NCBI GenBank assembly: GCA_030390025.1
Contig: CM059425.1
Location: 164,054,001 to 164,118,000, forward strand
Source: Squalus acanthias
Lineage: Eukaryota
Length of the DNA stretch: 64,000 nucleotides
Direction of reading: 5' to 3'
Part shown: one piece after another, positions 1 to 13,611 of the stretch
Numbering within the stretch: the stretch's first letter is position 1
Layout of the letters: each line of letters begins with the position of its first letter
The notes under the pieces: generated by a model
What the model was told of the DNA's origin: nothing
The model's database searches: none
What the model saw: the letters and a program-made list of their open reading frames with translations, nothing else
Translations under genes and position numbers: made by a program

Positions 1-585
1 GGTCATCTTCTTGATAACATTAGCTGGCAAGTTCTCAGTGAACTAGCACACACAGGGAGACCACGTGTAAATTGTCATCAGCTCCCCTTGCAGGTCCTTG
101 TACTCACTACCAACATTGAGGCAGGGTTCCAGAAGCAACTGAAGACTGGAGCTGCCTTCATAGACTTGTCATCGGCATACGACACTGTCTGGCGTGAACG
201 CCTGCTACTGAAGCTTTCAATAATCATCCAATGCAGCAAGACTCTCAGGCTTATCAACACCCTAATGAGCAACCATAAGTTCCGCGTCTATCTTGGTGAC
301 AAGACCAGCAGAACACAGACACTCAACAATGGTCTGCCACAAGGGTCGGTGCTCGCACTGGCCTTTTTCAACATCTGCACGGTGGATGTGTCCTGCACCA
401 AATCCTGGAGGTTCGCCTATGCCGATGCCATAGCACTGCTGATGCAGGCATCAATGCTAGAGGAAGCAAGTAGGACACTCACAAGTGACCTGGACCTACT
501 GGAATACTGGCGCCTCCACCCCAATCCAGAGAAAACAGTTGTGTCAGTGTTCCATTTGAACAACAACGCCACCGGGAAGAACTCA
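1..585 (+). mobile_element. Degenerate non-LTR retrotransposon RT fragment (RTE-X/Ingi-like), truncated by a MITE
   Basis: ORF 88..711 contains FIDLSSAYDTVW, GLPQGSVLA, FAYADA and LHPNPEKT RT motifs. Confidence 0.8.
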
Positions 586-599
586 ATGTTTTTCTGTGG

Positions 600-1011
600 A
601 GCGCAGCTGGCACTCTGCGGGGGGGCGGGTCAGGAGGCCCGGGACAGAAGCGGAGGCAGGTGCTGGCAGATGGCCAGCAGCAAAAATGGCTGCCCGGCAC
701 CTCGCCTTTAAATAGCGCCGCCCCGGCCGCAGGTAGGCCCCCCTGACCCTGTCAGACATAGTGTCCGGCAGTAAGTCAGGTTGCGCTACCGAAGATCGCA
801 GCTGGGGGGGGGGGCGGGGGGGAACGTGCACAGCGATGATGTCATCTACGGCGGAGCAGCGCCACAGGGCGCTAATGGTTACTGCTGCCGCTAACCTCCC
901 GCTGAATTTCGTGGGAGGCATTGGCAGTGCCGCGCCCGGGCGCTAGTTGCTTTGCGCCCCATTAGCGCCCTCTTAGGGCGCTAACGGGAGGCGCAAAGCA
1001 ACTGAATTGTT
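600..1011. mobile_element. Partial GC-rich Harbinger-type MITE, same family as 54643-55395
   Basis: Close match to 54970-55390 (gctaacctcccgctgaatttc...gggaggcgcaaagcaac). Confidence 0.8.
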
Positions 1012-1559
1012 TGCATTGCTCAATTTTAAATTAGCTGATAGAAGTGGATTTTTCAAATTATTGTAAGTATGCCTTTGTGTTTGATGCAAATTATTTGCAT
1101 GTATTACATACATTGTTGCAAAATCTTTACTCCCCCTCCTATATCTAAGTATAGTAAAACTCAGTGGGATAAGTCCAATGTAAATGCTTACAGACATGTT
1201 TTAGCATATTAAAGAAGCAGTGACACGAGGTATCGATTCCTGACTCTTAGGGAAGATTTTTTACATGGGTGAGCGTGTGGGATTGGTTGTGGGTGGGGGG
1301 TTAAATCGGGAAAAATTCCGAGCACATCGGGAAGCGGGTTCCAACCCGCCAACTTCTGGGTTTTACCAGGACAAACCGTTCCCTGGAGGGGGCTTGGCAT
1401 TTGAAATATGTTAATGAGGCTGGTAGCCTCTGATTTAACCTGCTTTGCAGGTTTTACAGTGGGCGATCGGGTTTTCCAGGCCTCGGGAAACCCAACAGCT
1501 GAAGCAAGGCGAGGACAGCTTTGGGGAGAAGGTAAGTGTCTTTCCAGCATTGCCAATTA

Positions 1560-1745
1560 CCAATATAATAGAAGCCAGGGGACCACCAGAATCATAATTG
1601 AGCACATTCTAGAGATGCTGAAGATGAGATTCATGTGTCTCGACAGGTCTGGGAGGTCCCGACAACATGTCCCACGAAGAGTCTCCCACATAGCTGCATA
1701 CTTGACAACTTTGTTTTGGAGAGGGACCTGCCTTTGGAGGAGTCA
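1560..1745 (+). pseudogene. PIF/Harbinger transposase (HARBI1/DDE_Tnp_4-like) C-terminal fragment
   Basis: YNRSQGTTRIIIEHILEMLKMRFMCLDRSG resembles the YN..H..TR..IE..FG.LK.RFRCLDRSGG motif. Confidence 0.75.
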
Positions 1746-1955
1746 GAGGAACAGCATCAAGTTGCTCCTTGGCTGCTGCTGGGGCAGTCTGCTGGCTCAG
1801 CTGACTTGTTGGCACCATGATGGGTATTGGTTAGGAGAGTGGGATAGACATACTCACATCATGGGAGAGGGAAACAAATGTCACTCCCATCGCACCACAT
1901 GCACTCCCATGGGGCTGGGGCTCCACTTCCATTTATCTGCGGGGGATTGAAGAAT

Positions 1956-4215
1956 GGGGGGGGGGGTGAAATTCGATCAGGCCCGAAAATGGGCATGGGC
2001 GCCGCAATGCGAGATATGCCTGCGCCCATTCAGAAAGTGCAGGTAGCACGTCAATATGGTGCTGGCTGCTACTTTACATTATAAGAGCGCACAGCCCAGC
2101 GACTAATGCACTGCCGACAGACTGTGCACTCAGCAGGGGGCCCAAGTTCACATCGCTGGAGCGAGGCTGCCTTTACTTAAAGCTAGCTTTACAAGGTAGT
2201 CTCTAGCCCTTACGTTGAACTGCCTTCTCAAAAAAAAATTAAAATCCTTCAGAACTAGACAGACCGCTGTTCTGAAAGATGAACTGTTTTCTGTAAAAAA
2301 AATTAAAAATCATTCGGTATTAGGTAGCCTGCAGCTCTTAAAGCTGAACTGCCGTCTGCACATAGAAAATGATTAAAAGTGCTTCAGCACTAACACAAAT
2401 GGCTCAACAGGCCAGGGAAGGGGCACCCAGAGTCTCAGACACAGCAATCGAGCTTTGTGCAGGGGGGCCAACACTGGAAGAGAGGTCCTCCACCCACAGG
2501 AATAGCCCTTCCAGAAAGAAGGATGTGGGACCAGATCAGCGAGGCCTTCACTGCCAGCAGTATCGCCCCCGGGATCTGGCTCCAGCTCCTAAAGAAGTGT
2601 CATGACCTCAAACGAGTGGCCAAGGTCAGTCGTTGCATCTTCAAAAGTCATCTCCGACCAACTGCATCACTAACCTTACACACTGCTCAATGTACGACCC
2701 CCCCATCACTCACCTACCAACTATCTCTACCAAACATGAGGCACACCTCACATTCCTAGCTTCACCTCACCCCCTTGGAGGAGACATTGCTGCCAATTCT
2801 TGGCAGGGGCATGACTGAGTCCTTGACCAGCGGCGGGGCTGAAAGAATACAAGATGCCAGTATCCTCATAATTTATCCTCCTTCTCACATCCCACTTCCC
2901 CCTCATCCCACAATATCTTTTGATGTACAAGCTGGACATGGTTTAAACATGCACCTCTTGCTTTCCTGCCCTCCCCTCACCACAACCCTACCCTTGTGCC
3001 TTCCTCATTTCAGACATCCAAGAAATCCAGCCTGCCCAGCCAGTGGTCCACCAAGAAGAGGGAGAGGAGAGTGAAGAAGAAGAAGAAACACCGTCACTCG
3101 ATTTCACACTCCCAGCCACCAGCTCCTCGAGGTCATCCTGCAAGGCCGTCTGCAGTGTCCCCCACTGAAAATCAGCAGCCTTCCACCAGCCATGCTGCAG
3201 CCACTGGGGTAGCACTGCATGACATCAGTAGGATAGGCAAAAGCACACACAAGACAGTCACTAAAGGAATGCACAAGGGTGATTAGTTGATTTTTTGATG
3301 GAATATTGGATGCATATATGGATAAAGTTGGATTGGAAAGTTTGCTTTGTGGTGGCTTTTACTTCAGCATTGTGGCCAAGAGGACGCTGTGATGGTCAAT
3401 AACAGAGGGAAGGTAAGGTGTGGGACAAATGTTGAAAGGGGAATTGGGGCTGTGATCACTGGTATCGCAGATGGATGATTCGATCCCAGATATCCCGGCC
3501 AGAAAGGGGTTGTTTGGGTTGCCTCCTTCCTTCCACTTCCTCCTCTTCTGCTTTTTCCTCTTTTACTTTTTTACCTCTTCTACTTTTTCCTCTTCTGCTT
3601 CCTCCTCTTCTGCTTCCTCCACTCTGCTTCTTCCTCTTCTGCTTCTTCCTCCTCCCTCTGTGCGCAGCTTGACCCCTTTCCTATCTCTGCTCCATCTGCA
3701 TGTGATGTTGCAGCTCACGGGGGACTGCAACTAGAGCCCCCAGGACTGTGAGAAAGTGGTGTTCTCAGAGGCCTTCCTTTAACATCCAAAGCCTTGAAAA
3801 TGTCCAGCAGCACTCCGTGCACACTGTAACAACTTTTTAAATGTATTGCACCAAGCCACTACTCCAATAAATTGTTACCTGTAAAATGTGTGTGTCCCTT
3901 TAAGAAGCTCTGGCAGCATCTCTGTAGTACTGCTGCACACACTTTCTTCCGTGCGTGGTTTGGAGAGGGTGGTATCAAGAGCGGCGATATCCAAAATTAC
4001 AGTTGTGCGTCAATTCAGGTGCTGCACGCCGATTGATGTCACGATCTGCATATTTTACATGAGGGCGGCGAGCACAGGCAATGGCAGCAATGCTGACCTC
4101 CCCAAAATGGTGGCTGCCGTGTTCCGTGCCGGAAGCAGGCGGAAGTGAGGCAGTCGCCATTTTTTCAGCAAAACCAGCCTTAACGGCTGGCACTAGACCT
4201 CCCAATCTCGCGGCC
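1956..4215. mobile_element. Non-autonomous Harbinger element with a Myb/SANT-like gene relic (+, 2399-2624) and an internally deleted transposase relic (-, about 3460-3730)
   Basis: MAQQAREGAPRVSDTAIE...RMWDQISEAFTASSIAPGIWLQLLKKCHDLKRVAK (frameshifted Myb/SANT-like, GT donor at 2625); G-rich/GGCC termini; 3765-4160 shared with 41057-41470. Confidence 0.7.
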
Positions 4216-6669
4216 GATCTTTCAAGAACCCTGTCTATTCAATACATTAATCTCTCCATGGTGGACACCTGTCTCGACACAGGAGAAAAGAGATGTTGTG
4301 GTGGGCCCTTGTGATTGAGAGGGGAGTGTATTGTTGAGAGTGGTTTGGAAAGGGGTGAATAAAGTACTGTGAGATGCATGTTGAGAGAGGTGGAGAAATT
4401 AAGAGGCTGCCAGAAAGCATTTTACAACCATTTCCACCAGTTTAAAAGCAGTTTGAACACAAAAAATTAAAGTGGGAAATGCAACCTCACTTTGAAGGTG
4501 CATGCCCACTTTAAGTACAGTCTCAGGAGTCCCATCGGAAATTAAAGGGTGAGAGGAGGTTCTACAGGCAATTGTGAGGGCAGCCTGCTCATGATATTCT
4601 AATAAGGCCCGGGAGTTAAAATGGCTCGGACCTCACACTTAAATCTCCATGGAAGTTTCCCACCCGCCCCACAACCCGCCCAACCCGAGTTAAAATCAGG
4701 GCTTATATCTAATTATTCAAATTGCATCTCTAATCAACATGAAGTACAAGTCTGCTTTCAAACACAGAAATGAACAATGAGAGGCAGAACTAATAATTTA
4801 TGTAAAATTGACCCCTGTATAATTATCCTCCTTATACCATAAGTCAAGCTGAAAGGCTGAGAAATACTTCATGTTGAAAATGATGCTGTGTTTGTCACAT
4901 TGTCGCAGTAGAAAGACCAGTAGAAAGACCAATATAATTATCTGCCTGAAGCTGTCTAAATGCTAGGCTGCTGCTGCAATAGCAAACATGATAATCACAA
5001 AAGCAAATATTCACACTATCATTTGGGGTTTAGCAGCATCCACAAACTCTCCATGAAATGTAACAAATGCCAGCAGCAGTGAAAGAGTGACTGAATCAGT
5101 AAATTATTAGTTGTACTAATGAGGTTAGGATTGTAATTAGAAAACCATTCATTATTAAAATGAACAATACAGGAAATGAGTCATTTCTCTATCCCTATAC
5201 TGCAGGTGAAATAATGTGCTTCTCTGAAAGCATCATGACTTCTAGTTAAGGAGCATGAGTCAGAACTTTCCAGATAACTGGAAAAGCACTGAATAATTCA
5301 ATGTCTCAAGGTTTTCTAAAATGTCTCCCACTCTCTTTCATGGTTCTTAGCAGGGATGAGTTCTGAATTCACTTCCTAAATAAAAGCATTTCCCAAGCTG
5401 AGAGAAAGGCAGCCCGGATACCTGCTCCTAAGCTCTCTCTGTAAATGCTGCTTTGAAGCTACCCACAAAAAAACTGGCCAAGGGTGACCCTGATCTCCTC
5501 CCTCCCATCTGCATCGGTTTATCATTTCTAACAGTGGTGAAGCTGAGATTAGAAACAGTCCACAGGGGAGTTGTAGGCATGGACCCCATTCTACTATTCC
5601 ACAGGTAAGTGCGGTGGAATACAATGTGTTGCACCTGTGCTTTCTCTGTGTCTCCGTGTCATTGTGCCTCCCAAACACCAACATTAAAAACTAAGGTTAA
5701 ACATTGGAAGACACACTTACCTAGCAGTAATATTTGTGTTTTATTCTGAGTTTTATGCAACAGATAAAATGGTGCTGAAATAGATCAAAAGCTGCACATT
5801 TGTGTTTCAAACTAATTTAATATCATAAAACCACCATATTAGTACTGGGGTGAAAACACTATTACTGTTTACTATTGCAAATCTATGCTGGCTCAGCACT
5901 AGTTCCAAACTAAGTAAAAATTCTACCCATGTAGTTTTGCGAGTGATGATTAAAGTAATATTGATCTCGTTATACTATATGTACCATATAGCCTCTCATT
6001 AAGTGTTGGATTGCCTTTATTACAAATTATAGCCATCAGAGATTTCTGTCCTATATGAGCTAATAATATGAGCTGAGTTATTCATAGCTGTAGAATATTG
6101 AGTAGGTTGAAAGAGAACTACATTTAGTGCTACTAACAGGCATCGTTAGACTTGAGGTACATTTTATAGAAAGACCATCATTTTTTTAAGGGAAAGGCAT
6201 TATGCCCATTACTGGCACTGAGGTACTCATTACTAGTTTGACAGTGGACAGTAATGAATCCCTTAGGTACTTGTAAACAATATAATGTCTGAACAAAATT
6301 ATGTCATTACTATAATAGCGGGTAAATTTTGCAAGGGCCCATGTTCTGAGTCTGACCTCAAATGTAGTCAGCACATTATGGGAAATCATGGGCACTCTGC
6401 TGACATTTTCTGATATGTGCTGGCTATGTGCAAGGTAATGCTGGCAACACAGAATTTATCCTTTCTACAAGATAAGAGTGTCCTGATAAGAAATTGTGAA
6501 TCATTTTCTTGTAAGACTTGGCAGGGCTGATATTCTTCTTCCAGCCCTGTCTGGGAACATGGAGGCGTTCTCTATTGGAGATGTCTGGACACTGGCTGTG
6601 CCTCAAAGGCAGCAGCAACCTTAAAGGGGCAGATCAAACAAAAGGGAGCCAAAAGGTCTTTGAATTAAG

Positions 6670-7070
6670 AAAGAATGACCTGCTATTATGTAGAGCCTAT
6701 CATGTCTTCAGGACATCCCAAAGCACTTCATAGCCAATGGACTACTTTTGAAGTGTAGGCACTGTTGTTCTACAAGCAAACACAAGGGATAAGGTTGACC
6801 AGGACACTTCTCCTGCTCTTCGTTGAATAGTGCCATGGGATCTTTTACATCCACCTGAACATTAGTACAGGGCCTAAATTTAACATATTACTAGAAAGGT
6901 GGCACTTATGACAATACAGCAAAAAAGAAAGAAATCATTTGCATTTCTATAGCGCCTTTCACGATCTCAAGACATCCCAAAGCGCTTTACAGCCAATAAA
7001 GTGTTTTCTTTAGTCACTGCTGTAATTTAGGAAACGCGGCCACCAAATTACATACAGCAAGCTCCCACAA
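6670..7070 (-). mobile_element. Two DeuSINE (SacSINE1-like) fragments
   Basis: Match segments of the full copy at 34071-34522. Confidence 0.7.
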
Positions 7071-7729
7071 GGTTATTCCAAACCAGAAGTGCACCTCCTG
7101 CCATATTGGATCGGACTTCTCCATCGGCGTCAGGAGCGCATGCCAGAAGTATTTAAAATGCTGAATGCCTTATTTAAATTAATCTGATTAAAATATCCCT
7201 TTAACAACAGTTACATTTTCCATTTACATTTCATTAACAACTCCAGAGATATCCCAATAGCTACATGAACATAGCGCTGCTGATCCCTGTACTCGTAGCT
7301 TGGAAGCATGGGAATTATGGCAATGAAGCTATGGCTGTGCTTGCACACACTTCGCAGTGTTCAAGTAACCCTTGTACATAAAGATCTTGCATTTTAAGTC
7401 ACATTTAATTACAAATGCAAAACGAAGAGAAAGAAAAACAGTCATTTCTAGCTGGATTCTTCTGACGTGGGACTAGAAATTTACAAGCAGCTACAATTGT
7501 TCTCTCATTGGTCTCAGGAGTTCACAAGCAGCTACATTTATATGGATTTGCATCAATAGACCATCGCCCTGCTGTAGCCTATAAGGGACAGGCCTGATAA
7601 CCATAGCTTCACATTAACAGTTAAACATTGCAACTGTGCTCCAGAATCCAGACTGCATGTGAGCAATGGCACATGAGATATTGTTGTTCAATAATGGAGC
7701 AGGAAAAAAAATGTTACACAACTACAAAG

Positions 7730-8069
7730 TAACCATAGAATCTTACAGCACAGACCCTCATTTAAAAGTACTTGGATATGCACTTGAAGTTTCCTAACCT
7801 ACAAGGCTACAGACCAAGAGCTGGAAAGTGGGATTAGGCTGGATAGCTGTTTTGCGGCCGCCACAGATACGATGGGCCGAATGGCCTCCTTCTGTGCCAT
7901 AAATTTCTATGATTCTATTTGCAGAAGGAGACCGTTCAACCCATCGTGCCTGTGCCGGCTCTTTGAAAGCGCTATACAATTAGTCCCACTCCCCCGCTCT
8001 TTCCCTTTATCCCTGCGAAGTTTTCCTTTTCAAGTATATGTGAAATTCCCTTTTGAAAGTTACTATTGA
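7730..8069. mobile_element. CR1 LINE 3' end fragments in opposite orientations
   Basis: ttctatga-repeat tail and similarity to 43455-43619. Confidence 0.7.
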
Positions 8070-8711
8070 AATAATGGTGGAGAAGACTCATTTGACATGA
8101 AACCACTGGTAATCTGCAGGGAGGTACCAGTGCAGCTTCCGTTGACTAAAATGAGGGTGAAAATCGCAATATTGTCATCGACAGTAGGATTACATTTCTA
8201 ATGAAGACAATAATGAAAATAGGACTAGATCTGAGATAAAAAGATTAGACTAAAACTGCAATTATTTCTAGAACTAAAACAACATTGCAAGGTACCCGAG
8301 ACTGACAATCACTGTGAAACTTACCAAAGTAAAGGAGATAATACTCTGAGGTGGGTAGGGATGGAAAAAAAATATTCACAGTGAATTCAGAATAAATTGA
8401 ATTGTCGTGCAGTTTTCCAGAACTACAGGCTCTTTCAATAAAGCAAACTAAATAAGGACAAAAAAGAACTAGGATATGTTTGACCTTCCAATACAAAAGC
8501 ACACCACTTGTGTTCACAATTATGAGTCACTGCATGTCTCCTGTTTGTTTATTGATTGACATTTAAAAACTCCATGTGGGAGGTTGAATATTTGTAGTAG
8601 CTCTTCAGCTGGTATAAAAGGTTTTGTGTGCTCTTTTACCTCATCAATGGCCTTCATCTCTTGGTAGGAGCAAGTGCAGTATTTTACTGGAAAATGCATA
8701 TTATCATCTTT

Positions 8712-9490
8712 GGGCGTGAAATTCGACTGCTTTGCGCCTGCCGTTAGCACCTCCATGGGGCGCTAACGGGGTCAAATGAGTTTTCGCCTGGGCGCGCCGA
8801 TATTAGCACCCCGTGCTAAATTGGGCCGGGTTTTTGCAGAGGCTCTAAGAGTTAGTGCCCCGCTCCTATAACTACCACCCCGCTCGGCTGTGCCCGGCGA
8901 TGATGACGTCATTGCCGTGCGCAGCGCCCCGGATGCAAAATTCGGCCGCGCCCTCTCACTTACCGCCTGGCGCTAACAACGACAGCATCAGCTGTCGAGT
9001 TGCAGTCAGGAGTTGGCTCCGCACGCGCTATTTAAAGGCGCCATCTTGGGGAAACTTTTTGTCAGCCATAACGCTGCTGAGACATTGTCAGACAAGCTGC
9101 TGAACATATCCAATTCCACATCGCTGAATCGAGTAGCCCTCTCCCTCTCCCTGGCACAAAGCTGTCTCAGTAGCTGAGAGGTCGCACTCAAGAGCAGCAA
9201 TGCTGAGAATGAGCAGCTGCAGCTTGAAAATTCCTCCTCTTTAAGAGCTGGAATAAGCTTGAGTCAAGGCTTGAAGGCTGATTGCTGAACGCAAGTCAGC
9301 TGAAATTGGGCAGCGCTCTGGCAATAGCGCCCCTGCAACGCTCCACTGAGACCATTGGTGCCTCATTTACCGCCCGCTTCACTCCTGGGGTGAAAATGCC
9401 CAATTTTGCAACATCTTTCAATGGATTTTGCCAGGCGCTAACTTTTCAAAAAGTTAAAAGTTAGCGCCGGCGCTACCGAATTTCGCGCCC
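8712..9490. mobile_element. Harbinger-type MITE with a Myb/SANT N-terminal remnant
   Basis: TIR gggcgtgaaattcg / cgaatttcgcgccc, TTT flanks; minus-strand RERERATRFSDVELD. Confidence 0.8.
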
Positions 9491-11497
9491 TTTGTGCTTA
9501 TTTCTCTTGACGAGTGCAATTACAGATAAAATTAATCATATCCTTGACCAGTTCATTGTTCAGATTAATGAAAGAGATTTATCTCCACTGTTCTGTCTTA
9601 AAAGGTTTCAGTTTTTAAACCATCAGCATCATAGCTTACACAACCGTCTGTGTTACCCATGCGAGTTTTCCCAGGATATTCAATTCTTTCTGTGAAATTG
9701 GTTAAACATGACAAAATAAAATCAACAAGAACTTGAATTCATATAATGCTCCCCATGAATATCTCCGAGTACATTACAATGGGGAAAGGTGGGCACTGAG
9801 CAGGAAGCATAGGAATTTTGGGGATGGGGGCGACCATATGAGAAACTATAAAACCAGGACCTGGGAAAGCTTATGCAAATTACATTGCTGTTCAAATGTA
9901 ATTTATTCTGAAATCCCATTGAATTGTAAACTGGCCAGCAGAGATGAAAGAGGCCTATACGGGAGAGCTGGGAGTGAGGAACAGGCCAGGCCGGGGAAGA
10001 TCGCATTGCAGAGAAGACTGGACAATTAAAGCATGCCAGGGGGACCATCAGGAAAACTTGCCTGAGCCCATGGAACAGACCTGAGAGGAAGGGTTGGCAA
10101 AATTGCCGCAAGCCCCAGCCAAATGCTGGAGCACGACAGGACAGTGAGATGCATTTCATTTTTTTTAATATGCAGCCCCAGCCTGACAGTGGAACACGCG
10201 ACAGTGTGGGGGATCCAGCTCATTTTATATAATCTACTAGTTGAGCTCCCATGGTGTTATACACGAGTGGTCAAGACCAATTTGAATTTTTTAGGTCCGG
10301 CATCGTCAGAGAACGGGGATGATGGGATCAGTGGGCAATGATTTCACTTTGGCAGGGACGTAAAACAGAGAGGTTATTTGTGAATGTGTGTGTGCTTTGA
10401 CAAATATATTAAACTGAAGGAGAGGGAGACTGGATTCAGGGAGAGATGAATGCGTGTGGGAGAGAGAGAGAGAGAATGGGTCGAAATTGGTTTGGGCCAG
10501 TTTTTGGGTGCAAAATAGGCGTCACTCTCCAAACACACACCAAAAGCCGGAGGCCCAAGGCTCACCTGAATTTGGGCCACAGACCTCATTTTAGTAATAG
10601 AGGCGAGCTGCCGGCACCTGTCGCCCAATTGGGCCCTTAGGTAAGTCCTGGGAAAGGGGGAAAAGGAATGAAGGGGGCTGATCACAGTCCGGCAACAGTT
10701 CTCAGGCATGCTGTGGATCCAGGAGGAGCACTCCTGCTCTTTCCAGCCCACAGGACTGTAAGTCAAAAAAAATACTTACTTTTTGATCTCAGCCGCTTGT
10801 TAAGCCACAGCAACCCCAGTAAAACCTGGGTTGTTACCTATTTCAATTTTTTATTTGGCATGTCCACCAGGAGCAGTGCTTAGAATTTGTATTTGGCCTT
10901 TAGCCAAAGGTTCCTAACTATCAGCACTAACATTTTTCTTCAGACATCAGCTGGCTTTGGCTTGATGTTTCTTCACTGCCATTCCCAATAATGTTTCTGT
11001 TTTTTTTTTAGTTCCACTCCCAGCATTTCATTTTTTTTTAGTCCCAGTCCCAAGGGGAACTTTTAACACCCCACGACAGACAGAAAAGGTCGGCGGGGGG
11101 GCGGGGGGGGGGTTAAATTGTCAAATTTGCGAAACCCGACCCCAATCCACCGCACACACTCCAGTTTCCGTTTTAATTGTGACGGATATCAGGGGGGTCT
11201 GAGTAACCAGCTCTGGAGAGGCGGGTCCATCATTATAATATTTAAATGAGGCTCCTTTCCTGAGACTTTGGCTGCGATTTGAAATTACCACCTCCTGCAC
11301 GGGTTTCCCGGGGTTTGGGAAACTCGCCAGTGAAATGGAGGAGAGATTGAACGGCACTTCGTGGGGATGGTTAAAGGTCAGGCATCCCGATATGAATAAA
11401 GACTCGGTGCGTACAGCTGCTTCCTCAGTTTCCTCCAGGAAACGGTTCTCTGAGAGATTTAATTGTAAAGTTTGGAGGTGTTCACGCAGAGAATGTC

Positions 11498-12330
11498 ATG
11501 ATGGGAGGCCGCATTGCTGCTTTAGATTGGACTTCGGATGAGGAAGACTTTCAGCATCCACAGCAGCAAGGATGTGCTGTGGAAGGAGCTGCAGCTGGAC
11601 AACAGACAGGGGAGCAACAGAGGGGTCAAGTTCGCAGGAGACCCTACCCATCGATCACTGTCTACAGACAGTGGCTCAGCTTCCTTGATCTCTCAGAAGA
11701 GTAGCACTTCTGAAGGCTGAGATTGTCACGTCAGGTGGTCGCAGATATCTGCAGCCTCCTAGCAGAAGACCTGCTGCCTGCTGGACCTGGTGACCACGCA
11801 TTACCAGTGGCCATGCTCAAGATGCGCTTCAGGTGCCTGGACAGGCCTGGAGGTGCTCTTCAGTACTCGCCAGCGAGGGTCTCCAGCAATGTTTCCTCTA
11901 AGCTGCACGCGTGTGCGGCTGTGCAGCAATCGGGAAGGTACCGTGCAGGCCGCCCACAAGCTGTTCGCTTGTAAGATATCGTGCGTGCGCGCGCGGCTGT
12001 GCATTTGGCCGCACAGCTGCCATGCAGAAAATTTAAAGGTACCACGCACAAAAAAAAGTTTAGAGGGGACAATGGTCTCCAGGATAATCATGGTGTGCTG
12101 TGTTCTGCACAACCTAGCACAGCAGCGAAGACTAGAGGTGCAGGAGGAACAAGCCATACAGCATAGGCACTCAGCACTCTTCATCTGATAAGGATTTCAA
12201 TAGAGAAAAGGAGGGCGAGGAGGAGGAGGAAGAGGAAGATGGGGCCTCCAACGCCAGACCCAGCTGATCACATTGCTGCTTGGGATGCCAGGGATGCTCT
12301 AATAGATCGTCACTCACACTGGATGAAAGT
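11498..12330 (+). pseudogene. Internally deleted Harbinger (HARBI1-like) transposase interrupted by a hAT MITE
   Basis: RRRPYP..VYRQWLSFLDLSEE...RLRLSRQVVADICSLL..DL...HALPVA fused to MLKMRFRCLDRPGGALQYSPARVS[insert]RIIMVCCVLHNLA; stop codons present. Confidence 0.85.
11887..12074. mobile_element. hAT-type MITE, copy 1
   Basis: TIR caatgtttcctctaa / ttagaggggacaatg; perfect 8-bp TSD gtctccag (11879-11886, 12075-12082). Confidence 0.9.
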
Positions 12331-12793
12331 AACTATCACTGCTCCCGCCCCCTCACCGCCCACCCCCACTGACACAAAGCAAGCCTGTAAACAATCATCC
12401 GATTGCACATGGACCAATTGGTCTGAGTCAATTCATGTCTTCACATTCATCACCAAGCAACTGAAAACTTGTGTTGGCACTCGCCATGCAAGAATGGTGG
12501 ACATGGGAAAGTGGTGCAAATTAATACATTTTATGTGAATAGATAAATCAATTTACTAACACAACATTTTCATAAATACCCATGTGCATACCCTCGATAA
12601 ACGACAAAGCTTTTCTTTTTCTTTCCCTACCGTTCCTACGTGGTGCGACCCCTGTGGTTTCAGCAGAGGTAGCGGCAGCTTGCTCTGATCCCTTGGTGTT
12701 GGAGCCCTCGCCTATAGGTGAAATCGCATTTTGCGGGTGCGTTTCACGCCTGCTCACGCGCATTGGAGACGCAAAACCCAGAAGTAAAATGAT

Positions 12794-13454
12794 GGCCCGT
12801 ATTTTCCGATCCCTATGGGTGTGTACGAGCTGTGTACACACCCGTAGGGACCTCGCAAGTGCCGGTTTTAGACATTCGAAGCGTGTGCGCTGAAAACCGG
12901 CACTTCCGATCTGTCAAGAATCCTGGTAAAAGCAGGCGTAAGGCCTGCTTTTACCAGCATAAGAGTTTTAAAAAGTTTTAAAAAAAATGTCACTCATTTA
13001 TAATTTAAAAATGCTTCTAAAAAAGGTACGCTTATTTTTAGCCCCGTAAAAAACTTTAATTTTTTTTTTCAAAAAATTAAATTTTTGTTTAAAATATTTA
13101 ATTTAATGTAATTTTAACTCATTATAAAAACGTGATTTAAAAAAAATTATTTAATGTTTTGATGTGTTTTTTGAGTGATCCCCATTCATACTTTTGATGG
13201 GTCTAAGCTGAGAGACCTGTCAAAAGTATGAAGGGGGATTCCCTTCTCCCATTGATTCCCCATGGCCCACGTGATCCGAGGGACACTTATGAACCGCATG
13301 TGCCCCTGGGGTACCTGGGCCCTGTGCATTTCGTAGAGCAGAGGCCCAGGAGCGGAAATGTCCGGACCTCCGGAGCCCTCAGGTAAGGGCGTAGATTTTT
13401 TCCAGATCGGAGGCCTCCGCACGCAGGAAGCTTCCGATCGGAAAATACAGGGCC
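12794..13454. mobile_element. Harbinger-type MITE
   Basis: TIR ggcccgtattttccgatc / gatcggaaaatacagggcc; 3-bp TSD GAT. Confidence 0.85.
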
Positions 13455-13611
13455 GATAATGAGGCATCCATGTTGAAATCAGACATTCCCACGATCTACC
13501 GCACTTTGTGCCCGCTATCGTTCCCCCCGAACAGATCCCGCCTCTGCGTTAATATTGACCCCTCAATGTTTCATTATTTTTTAGTTCCACTCCCAGTGTT
13601 TCTGTTTTTTT

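Noticed and set aside
3520..3660. Ser/Leu-rich or Lys/Glu-rich ORFs
   Set aside because: Low-complexity CT-rich tract within a Harbinger relic.
11498..12330. Host HARBI1 gene
   Set aside because: In-frame stops, a deleted catalytic core and a MITE insertion show it is a transposon relic.
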